Part shown: positions 54,115-64,000 of the stretch, piece after piece
How positions within the stretch are numbered: position 1 is the first letter of the stretch
Layout of the letters: every line of letters begins with the position of its first letter
NCBI GenBank assembly: GCA_032718475.1
Contig: JAUCBJ010001919.1
Span: 73,673 to 137,672 of the forward strand
Direction: 5' to 3'
Origin: Nemertoderma westbladi
Lineage: Eukaryota; Animalia; Xenacoelomorpha
DNA length: 64,000 nt
The notes under the pieces: generated by a model
Seen by the model: only the letters and a program-made list of their open reading frames with translations
Databases searched by the model: none
What the model was told of the DNA's origin: nothing
Translations under genes and position numbers: made by a program

Positions 54115-57100
54115 ATGACGGAGTTGATAGAAGATGATCTTGGTATTAGGGAGCGATATACTCTACCTTTACAAGCATTTGTGGATAGCTTAATACGCGG
54201 TGAAGCCGATCCAACCATTACAGAGGACGATGGTCGTTATATCGAACCGCCGATGTCCCAAGAGCAACTTGCGCGTGAATTGGATTATCGAAAATTCACC
54301 GCTCGCTATACAAATCGTAATGGTACGTATATGGACTTCTTAACTACTGGCCATCCTATCGATTTACATGATACGGACGATGTAGATACAGAGAGGGAAA
54401 TGGTTCTATTTAAATATCATACCCAGCGGAGTCGTAACGATAAACCTAGAATAGATCACGAAAATTCTATTCGTAATAGACTGGAAAGAGAAAACGTTGA
54501 AGAACCGGATAAACGCATCGACTTCAACGAATACCTAGAATTTTTGAGAGAAACCTATCTCAACATCGCCAGTCAGCAGAACCTAGAGACTCGATATCCT
54601 CAAGGTATACATCATGACCCTGTGGTAGAACTCAAACGGCTCTATTTCACTATGATGTATCTTACCGCCGATCATCCACTTCCTGTTATCCCGGATAGTT
54701 TTGAACAAATGGAAGAATACTGCAAAACTGGAGAACGATCACCCGCGTTTCCTCTGCAGGACGTACGTCTTTGGTATTATTGTGACGAATGCCCTAGACC
54801 CAACCAACAAACTGAAAGACACAAACATCCGCGGAGACGTTGCGCTAAACACAGCTTTACGCGTTACACTTACGGGAGTTTCGAGCGAAACCTGTTCGAC
54901 GTACCACCTACGATCGCTCGTCTTAAACGATCACTGAATAAACCCATGATCAGAGTTCCGGAATACTCGGTCAGGCCTCCTCATTCCCTAGTGAGACCTC
55001 AAACTCTTGATCCTAACAGTATCACTGATCCTCCCGAACTATATTCCCTGTTCAAAGACTTAGTGTTACCCGAACAATTAATCGGTGGTGCTCCGGTAGT
55101 GGGTTCGTTAGACATTCGCCCATCCTACTTAGCCGGATTGGGACGCGGGCAGCTAATATCGCCCTTTGATCCTTACAATCGTCCAGGATTAAACCCGATG
55201 CAACCCGCCACGGAAGTCGAGGAGAGCGTTATAAGAAACGCTTTAGACGCTATTTGACAGAAGATCAGAAAGGGAACACAAGATTGTTTAGAGAAACGTA
55301 AATTACAACAACAAGTCCAATCGGTGAAGGAGTTAGCCTTGCCACAGTTCGATAGAGAAATCCAAAACCTCGAGGAAGACATCGAGCTTGGACGCACGTA
55401 TTCTCTACAAGAATTTTTAGATGAACGCTTACAGAGACAAGCGGAAGAAAATCTACTCGAGGAGAAACACACGAAAATGGACGAGAGAGAAGAAGCCGCT
55501 TTAGCCCAACCTGAAGCTCAAATCCTTATGACGGACCTCTACTCTCAAACCATTCGTCATCCCTCGATGATTCCACATTTCGGAGACAAACTCTTCGCGA
55601 CGATACAACCTCAACCGGTTGATATCAGTACAGGATCGCAAAATCTTATCGCTGACGCCCCTATGTTACAGCGTCCGCCGATCGAGGCTGCTCGTGTTGA
55701 CGGTATACTCGTTGAACCTCCGGACAATCGAGCGGATCTTGTCCGTCGTATGGTACACGATGTCAACATACGCGCTAGACCTTTACAGAACTCGTTTTAT
55801 GGGATTAAAGACCACCCTTATTACGTTAATCTGACTCAATATTATATGGTAAAACCAGAAGACCCGACGCATAATTTAAAGTTTCTACCACTAATAAATC
55901 CTCTAGACATTGTCGAACTCGAACAATTGCAGAAACATCTGGATCAGTTAGTAAAGGTAAACTCATTTAGAAAACCATATAACATTTCTCGAATCGAGAA
56001 AGATATAGAACCCCCTTATAATCTCGATGGATTTATTAAAACTCGATTAGTCCATTGGAATCTAGATGTATTATTTGAAGAAGAGAAAATACAAAGATAT
56101 GGAAATGTGGAGACGTATACCACTCGGCACATGAAGTATAGTGATCTCTCTGACGCTAACCAATGCGCCACCTTGTGGCATCCAGTAGGGATGACTCTAG
56201 AGAACGCCACCAAGGAGTGGAATGAAACTCTTAATGTTATTGAGATGTATGGAGTTGTCACCTACGATAATGAAGGTAGTGTTCCGGTCGGAGAACTAGG
56301 AACTACGCGCATGATCCACATACGCGGATTAGCTGTTTCTACCCACGTGTTTACTCGAGCGTGCTCCGACGTGATTGATTATTCCTTTGAAACTCTCACC
56401 AAAACACAAAAGAATCTCCGACATGGACAATTCGAACTCGCGCAGCGTTACGTCATTGACACCGAACGCAAACCGGCCATGGGTATCGATGGATCGATGT
56501 TACCCCAGCCCGTACTCGAGATGTTGTTCAACGAAAGAATCCTTAAAATCGGCTCAGCTGTTTATGGAGATCTCCAAAACGACTTTCGGAATATGGAGAA
56601 CATTCCATACCCTTTCGTTGATACTCAGCTGATTGCTCCCTGGGCAGAAGGTCGAGGTTTCTTCCGCACCATGTATGCTAATAAGTCTAGCAACATTACA
56701 AAGGTGCAACGAACTTCCATCGGACATCTTGCCTTTCAGGAATACGGATGGAATTTCAAAGTCGGAAATCCCATTAACTATCAACAAGTATACGGAGACC
56801 ATTATTCTCGATTATACTTTGATGGACCATTGACCGCACCTGGCGCCGTGTATAGCTTCATGAGTGTTCCACTCCGTCCCTCCTTAGCTATATACACGAT
56901 TTTTGAAAACACCGCACTTGCCGGTTGGCTAGCTGATGTGTGCAGTCGTACTATACGCGCCCATCCATTAATACTTGGGACCAAACTCGCTAAGCTAGAT
57001 GAACATAATAAATTCATCCGCTTCGAATGTTTCCGGCGATTTTTAACCCCGTTCCGCAACGTGGATAGCCAATTTAAAGACCGCGCTTTGACCAAGCTCA

Positions 57101-58368
57101 GCCTAAGAAACTCAGCTGCAGAGAAGTTGGATAGCGCTGGATTCGCCATTTTCAAAGAGATTTGTATATCGAACTTGCACTCCTCTGTTATACAAAGACC
57201 TCGAATCCCCACAGGTTATTCTGTCGTGGAAATTCAGACAATAGGTCCACCTGAAGAGACAGACACGCCCACCTTAGCTATGCACTTGGAAGACGAACCA
57301 ATATGTCTAGAATCTGAGGAGATTCAGCCTATCGCGCCCCGGAACAGCGACAACGATTACATCATAGAATGGTATCAAGGTCCACAGTGTCTCACTGCGT
57401 ACGATTATCGACATGCCAACTATGTTTCTAGGCAACGTTGTCGGTTATGCGCATCGAGAGACCATGATACGCCCATGGACACAAACGTCCGCTGTTCCTA
57501 TTTCCAAGAACAACCGACTATGGAAATTTATTGCGCATATTGCAGACTCAATAACTTGCACATTTTTGCGGTTTGCCCTCAATTTATGACTCAATGTCAC
57601 CATTGTCAACTAAAGGGACACGCCAGTTTCGATTGCCCTTTTAATCGCGATTTGGAAAGCATAGATGAAATGATCACACTACGTTACATCAGAGCTTGGG
57701 AAGCGAACGCTGATTTACATTGTGATTCGCGCCATCGTTATTATCCTGGACGCGCTTACGAAGGAGTTTATGCGTTCCATCCTTATCTATTCGCTTCTGT
57801 CGAACAGAAATCACGCATATCGAGTTACGAGCTACTGAAGCGCGTCGGAGAATGTATTTCAACCAAATTCGTACGCAAATTTCTCAGGAGTGTTAATCCT
57901 AGCGACCTTCATTCCTATAACTTAATCAATTATATCCGTCAGGATCCGGACTATGGAGACTTATTTGTTAACTCACACCCCGAGTTACAGGAAGTATATC
58001 GATGGCCTTACGAATACCGAGCCCGCGAACGCGAGTTGGAAAGAACCATTAAACCCCGGAGGTTTCTAACTGCCTATGGTCCACCCACGGCTCTCGTTCA
58101 GACCACTCGTAAAGGACCCGTAAGAGCGGCTGTCTTAAAACGAGCTCTCAAAGCCGTTAGACCCCTCTCCCCCGACGTTGATGTCAATCAACCCGGTACT
58201 TCGACTGGCGGATACACCGACCATAATCCTACACCCTCTGATGCAATCATATTGCACCCTTCACCCAGGAGTTATAGCCCTCCTTGTAAAGTGGCTCGCC
58301 CCAAAGAGAAAAAGACTCTGGCTAACTTTAAAAAACTGCGTAAACGCCGTCCGCGCAAGAAAGACTAA
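54115..58368 (+). CDS. Extra retrotransposon ORF (~1417 codons, one in-frame TGA at 55255-55257): putative DnaQ-like DEDD 3'-5' exonuclease (WRN/EXD/RNase D-like) plus Cys/His zinc knuckles
   Basis: The 380-aa and 1014-aa ORFs share a frame with a single stop between them. Motifs: VVTYDNEG, LPQPVLEMLFNERILKIGSAVYGDL, FVDTQLIA, SIGHLAFQEYG, PLRPSLAIYTIFE, CHHCQLKGHASFDC, and a basic C-terminus KKLRKRRPRKKD. Confidence 0.7.
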
Positions 58369-58438
58369 CTGTTTAGAGTATTTACATATATTAGAAACTG
58401 TGATTTTTGTATATTTATAAACTTGAATCCCATTTTCT

Positions 58439-58446
58439 GGGAGCGG
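58439..58446 (+). other. Polypurine-tract-like primer site
   Basis: GGGAGCGG lies immediately before the TGT of the 3' LTR. Confidence 0.6.
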
Positions 58447-59631
58447 TGTAAAAGCTTTTGCGGATATAATCAGTCCCCCTCATCCGCAAAGTACCGTTAT
58501 AGGTGTTTTAACGGACATAAAAGTCATTCTTCTATATGTGTGCTTTGGCGGACATGGTAAGGCAAAAAACCCGCAATGCGTCAAATACCCTGGCACAGCT
58601 TAGCCTTGATGATTCAGATTACGACATCTAACAGCTGGTTGCTGGCATGGAAACGGCCATTGGACACATGGTTCTTTGTTTAGCTTAACAGCCAATCAGA
58701 GCGATTTTTTCTGTCGATGTGGAGATATTTGGCAGATCATGCTAGGAGTGTTCAGTCTTACTGTTTTTCTTGATACTGTTGTGTTGTTTCTATCTAGGCC
58801 AGGAACACCGGCTCTAGAGTCAATTCGTTTCAGACTTTAGAAGAAACATTAGTAGGCTTAGATTATAGAGCGTATAACTGTTACCAGTCAACTCAATCGG
58901 CACATATATTGTCATATCATATCTTAACCTACCGTCTTAATGCTTTTTACTGTTGTTATTATTTTGTATCAGTTGGTTGAATATTATTTGGAGAACATCT
59001 ATAAAGAACCCAAATTTCCCAATTTTCTTGATACACTACAGGTTAGAGAGACAGGTTACATATAGCGATTGCGACTTATATTATTGTGGTTTGTATTGAA
59101 TTTAATGCTATTTGATAAGCACTACATGAGTCAGTTGCTGTTCTCTTTATATATGATAAAATTCATTGACGGTCGGCAAATTAGTGAGCAGTATTGTGCG
59201 TTACCGGTAGTGTGCATGATTGTGGCTGATAACTAAGCATCTCCTAAAGAATGCGCCTCATACGTGAATCATAAGCCTTACCGACTTACCGTTGTGTTTA
59301 GTATAAGTCACAGCTCTGTTTACCTAGATAGAGCGCCACGTCCTAAAGGAACTGTTAATATTTCCCGAAAGTGAATAATATTGGTCAGAAATTATTTATT
59401 AACGATCAATCGAATAATACAGTAAGCTTACACTGCAATAACAATCTAAGCCCTACGAATCCAGTCTCCCGGGTATATCCAGCGGGTGAATGGACGCGCA
59501 CTAGGCTGGCTTCGGCCAATGTTGTGTTTATTGGTATTAAATATTTGTCATTTTCTAAAGTCTATTTATAAACCAAAAGACATATAAATTTTGGCAGGTT
59601 AAACTGCTAAAGGTCTACAAAAGCGCGTACA
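58447..59631 (+). repeat. 3' LTR
   Basis: Same length and ends as the 5' LTR, followed by the TSD TTACA. Confidence 0.96.
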
Positions 59632-60383
59632 TTACAGGTCACAGTTATTTTGCAACGCTACCTTGTATTAATTTTTCAGAATATCTGCGCGAATTCGAAA
59701 AAGATATTTTTCAGTTTAGACACTCAATACGTAAGTTATAGGCATTTAAATTTTATGATGTTAACGAACCAGATATGTTGAGACGGGGACATACTGTATT
59801 ATAATTGACACAAAACCCGCCTTGGTGAATTAACATTGTTGAATTTAAATTTAGGGAAAGGAACAGGCTACAGTGGCAGTCGATTCGAACGAAAACAATA
59901 ATAAGAAAGCCATTACACGGTTTACAGTTTCATTTTTGCTCATAATCAGCTGGTATTTGCATCCGTTTTCCCCTGGAGATGGTTGAATTTTGATTGCGTC
60001 TAAAAAGCATTTTTGTTATTTATAGAAATGTAGCCACCGCCGGAAATCCGTACCGGTACCAAAGTTTTTATGTCACTTTCAAACTAAAGTTATATTTACA
60101 AGCGCTTGATAAACCTCTATCAATGACCATCAATCGGCCGACCTCAACCTTCTCTGATAAGTAGGCAAAAAGGTGAAAATTGCGTAATTACTGTAGTTTT
60201 AAACTGTCGCCATTGTCGTTCTCTTTCTGTGTTTCTACTATGTATTTAACTTACTTTGATCTCTCCCTGTCATTTAAAACAGTGACGTGTTTCTTAGTAT
60301 ATAAGCTGGTATTTAAAATATAAATTCCTTTTTTCCTTTTTTTAATCGATTTTCTGGCTGGGAGGGCTGATATTTACTATATA

Positions 60384-60488
60384 CGTCATTGTTCATAAAA
60401 TAGCACTTTATAGCGTTACGGCTCGAGTGATTTTGATAATAGAACGAGGGCCGTAAAAGCCTTAATGTGCTAATTATGAACAATGACG
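60384..60488. mobile_element. ~105-bp palindromic MITE-like remnant
   Basis: CGTCATTGTTCATAAAATAGCAC ... GTGCTAATTATGAACAATGACG form imperfect inverted termini. Confidence 0.55.
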
Positions 60489-60939
60489 AATCTAATTTTA
60501 TTTATTTGTGGGGAATTATTTGTAGTTTTGCACTCAAACTTTCTAAAACAACCTATTAATGTCGCAGTGACATACTGGACATACTTGGTAAAATGTATGG
60601 CTTAGGGACATACTGAGAAATAAAGTCGCACTGCGATGTAAAGTTAGAAAATATGTCGCCCTGGCGATTTGGTAGTGCGAAATTAATTCCATACAAATAA
60701 ATAAAATCTATGTTGTATTTAATAATTTCAGTGGCTGCCTTTTTCCAATAACATTTATTTTATTAATATTCAGCTTACTATTTCACATCAGAAATTTAAT
60801 ATCCTTCTGTATATTTTTAGGTCCATGTAGCGAGATCTCCGTTGTTGTTGTTATTGTTGTTGGTGGTGTTGTTGTTAATTTCCAGTTGGGTTTTAGTTTT
60901 ATAAGGCTTCATAGGGCGCAATCTGCGTGCTACTGTAGC

Positions 60940-63146
60940 AGAACAACGAAATCTGCCTTGCCGCGGCATGACTGGTCCTCTCTGTTGCAACAGCCAAGTG
61001 TGAGATCCAGCTTCACACTACAGCTGAGCAACAGGTATGAGGCTCTTGCCTCTGAGGCGGAAGATCACTGTGAGGGCTATACTGCCTTCACAGAGGCAGT
61101 TAAGTTAGCAGCTGCAGAAACAGTTCCTGTATACCCTCGAAACAGGAAACGGGCCCCCTGGACTGACAACAAAATTCAGAAGTGCCGAAATGACCTCTAC
61201 AAGGCGCAGAAAGAGTCCCGACTCAAACAGACTACAGCGGCCAAGAATGCAGTTAAGGCTGCATCTAGGTCCCTGAACAGGCAGTACTCTGTTAATTCAC
61301 AGGAGCTAATAAACCAACAGGTTGATGCCATCAATGATGCTGACGACAGCAGGCAATCATCCCAGGCATGGAGATCGATAAACTTGCTTGCTGGTCGAAA
61401 AAGCCAACCAACCACCAAGGAAGGTTAAGGCTGAATCACCAGCCGATCGCCTCAATGGTTGGAAGGCCCACTTTGAAAAGCTCCTCAATAATGACAGGGT
61501 ATTGCCTGATAACTTTATAGAAGTAAAAGTGTCTGAGTCTGTGCTCCCTGATATTCCCATTGGTGATATCTCCTTTGCAGAAGTGAAGGCTGCTGCAAAG
61601 AGCATTAAGACCAATCGTGCCAGTGGAGTAGATGGTGTTCCCCCTGAGGTCTTTAAAATACCTGAGTGTTTAAAGCTCATCTATCCCATCATAGTAGACA
61701 TGTACCGTACAACAAGAGTCCCACAAGAAATGAAAACAAATAAGTTGGTGCCAGTTCCCAAGAAGGGCAACCTAACACTCTATGGTTAATTTCGGGGAAT
61801 CTCGATTGCTGCAAAGCTATACAATAGAATTCTATTAAATCGCATCAGGGATCCCATTGAGAGACTGCTCCGTGGAAATCAGAATGGGTTCCGTAAAGGT
61901 CGTGGGACCATGGAGCCCATTTTGGCACTTAGAAGGATAATTGAAGAGTTATCAAAAAAGAAAGACAGGCATCTGGCTGTTATCTTTGTTGACTTCTTCA
62001 AGGCCTTTGATTCAGTCTCTCGCTCACGTATGTTCAGCATACTTTCATTATATGGGATTCCTGATGAAATTATTGCAGCAATCAGATCAGTATACGATGG
62101 TTCGACAACATTTGTGTCTACTGTTGACGGTGACACAGAACCATTTGAAGTGTTATGGGGCGTCCTCCAGGGAGACACACTTGCACCATTCTTGTTCATA
62201 ATTGTTGTTGACTATGTTCTACGCATGTCCTTAGATCATCATAATGATGATGGGGTAATGATAACTCCACCTACTGGCTCCAGAAGTCGAGGAAATCCTG
62301 CCAAGTACCTAACTGATCTAGACTTTGCTGATGACTTAGGAGTACTCTCAGAATCACTAGAGGGAGCCCAACGGCTCCTCAGCTCATTAGAACATGCTGC
62401 TTCTAGTGTTGGTCTTTTTATTAACTCCAGAAAGACCAAAATTTTGACAGTTAACTTTGAAAGTCCTCAGCAAGTCTCTGATCGGATGAGCATAAGCTCA
62501 AAAGATGGTATGCTTGAGCATGTGGAGGACTTCTGTTACCTGGGATCATGGATCCGGAGTCAGGTGAGGAACTTCGAATACGTAAGGGAAAGGCATGGGC
62601 AGCCTTGAATAGGCTTTCCAGGATTTGGAAGTCACCGAGAATTAATCGGAAACTTAAGGTCCGGTTATTTAGAGCAGCAGTAGTCCCAGTACTCCTCTAT
62701 GGGAGTCCATGCTGGGCTCTAACTGCTGAGGACACCAAATCTCTGGACGGCACATTCACAAGAATGCTACGCCGGGTTCATTGTGTCAAGTTCAATGCAC
62801 ACATCTCCAACCAGTCACTATATAACATTGGAGGTGTCTCATTGGTTCCCCCAAGCTTGACACTAGAACAAAATCGCCTCCGCTTTGCAGGACATTGCTT
62901 TCGCCGTGAGGACCAGCCAGTGCATAATCTTGTACTTTGGCAGCCTCATGGAGTGAATAAGCATGGTGGACAGCCCATGACTTTCTAGAGACGCATCTTA
63001 AAGGACACTGGCCTTGAAGATGCGGATGATCTAGCAAATGTCATGGGTGATAGGGAGTAGTGGCGGTGCAATTTTGTCGATAAGCCGGCACAGCATTCTT
63101 AAAAATGCAGCTGCAATGCAGCATGCCGATCCTAGTAGTAGTAGTA
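60940..63146 (+). mobile_element. 5'-truncated RTE-clade LINE (family A), disabled reverse transcriptase, (TAG)n tail
   Basis: RT motifs QNGFRKGRGT, FVDFFKAFDSV, GVLQGDTLAPFLF, LDFADDL and FCYLGSWI. Frameshifts near 61410 and 62560; stops at 61787, 62986 and 63058. The 5' boundary is approximate. Confidence 0.92.
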
Positions 63147-63212
63147 TGGCGAAGTTGATGGAGCGTTGGATATTGAATCTCTAGGTACCGAGTTCAATCC
63201 CGCTTTCCGGTG
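63147..63212 (+). mobile_element. tRNA-derived SINE head / tRNA-like remnant
   Basis: A-box-like TGGCGAAGTTG and B-box-like GAGTTCAATCC at tRNA-like spacing, with no intact cloverleaf. Confidence 0.4.
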
Positions 63213-63447
63213 AATTTTCTTAGTAAGTTTATTTTACTTTTATTTTTTTAATCATTTTTTTTTAATTATTTTATTTATTTTTTATTTATTTACTTTTTTT
63301 TATTTTATTTTTTTTTTTTATTTTATTTTTTTTTATTTATTTACTTTTTTTTTTTATTTGTTTTTCTTTTATTTTTGTTAATTATTTTTTTTATTATTCA
63401 AATTTTGCCGAGTTTGGATATTTATTTGCCGAGATTGGATTTGCTCA

Positions 63448-64000
63448 TCACTACTACTACTAGGTCGGGCGAACTCGGACAGTGGAAATGAGATCCTTCC
63501 AGGCTTCCCGATTCTCCAACTACTACTAGGTCGAGCGAACTCGGACAGTGGAAATGAGATCCTTCCAGGCTTCCCGATTTCTCCATAGTTGTCGCAATTT
63601 CGTTTCTTCCTAAGTTCAGTATCCCGTTCAAGTTGATCTATATATGTTATGGCCGGTCGTCCACGACTACGCTTTCCATGAGTTGGTTGCCAGAAAAGTA
63701 GATCTGGTATGACCTCGTCTTTACTTCGCCAGCAGTGCCCACTGAATCTTAATCTGCGTTCACGGAGGGTGGTTGATACAGGTGGTATTGTACCATAAAG
63801 CTCGGCGTTTGTCATGTGTTGTCTCCAGCTGATGTTTAGGGCTGCCCTTAGTAGTCTTGTGTAGCAACATCAATTCGTTGTTCAAGTGATTTAGTCAGTG
63901 TCCAGGTCTCACCCCCATATAAAAATACATTTTCCACTGTTGCTCGAAAGAACTTAGTCTTCAGGTGCCTGGAGAGATCTGATTTCCAGATGGTATCCAT
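63448..64000 (-). mobile_element. RTE-clade LINE family B, 3' end (continues past the window)
   Basis: Minus strand reads LRERRLRFSGHCWRSKDEVIPDLLFWQPTHGKRSRGRPAITYIDQL, with (TAG)n tails. Diverged from family A. Confidence 0.88.

Larger units (their letters stand above)
44730..59631 (+). mobile_element. Bel/Pao LTR retrotransposon, internally deleted (non-autonomous), 14.9 kb, with a large extra ORF
   Basis: Two 1185-bp TG...CA LTRs. 5-bp TSD TTACA at 44725-44729 and 59632-59636. Bel/Pao-type gag and integrase C-terminus. Purine-rich tract before the 3' LTR. Confidence 0.95.

Noticed and set aside
54115-58368. env gene in the third-ORF position
   Set aside because: No signal peptide or C-terminal TM anchor is visible; the motifs point to a nuclease/zinc-knuckle protein.
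48115-58420. Short antisense and alternate-frame ORFs within gag and the cargo ORF
   Set aside because: They are shadows of the long sense ORFs and contain no motifs.
63147-63212. Functional tRNA gene
   Set aside because: A/B boxes are present but the acceptor and anticodon stems do not pair; treated as a SINE remnant.

Overview
This is repeat-dense eukaryotic DNA, most likely from an invertebrate animal. From left to right it holds: a >23 kb 20-bp satellite with nested higher-order repeats (1-23260); a cluster of nested LINE fragments and a 210-bp near-perfect inverted repeat; and one host gene, a 4-exon YIPF3-like Yip1-family gene (27551-32198). Intron 3 of that gene is built almost entirely from tandem copies of its own donor junction (38-bp unit) and an acceptor-like unit (41-bp). 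Next come a TIR-bounded non-autonomous DNA element whose subterminal repeat has expanded into a ~6 kb satellite, and two further minisatellites (44 bp and 40 bp). These are followed by a complete, young 14.9 kb Bel/Pao LTR retrotransposon (44730-59631; 1185-bp LTRs, TTACA TSD). It has lost protease, RT and RNase H but keeps a ~1417-codon extra ORF with a WRN/EXD/RNase D-like DEDD 3'-5' exonuclease domain and zinc knuckles. RTE-type LINEs occupy the right end. The best candidates for new biology are the exonuclease-carrying non-autonomous Bel/Pao element and the intron made of amplified splice junctions. All domain calls are by-eye motif recognition; no searches were run.
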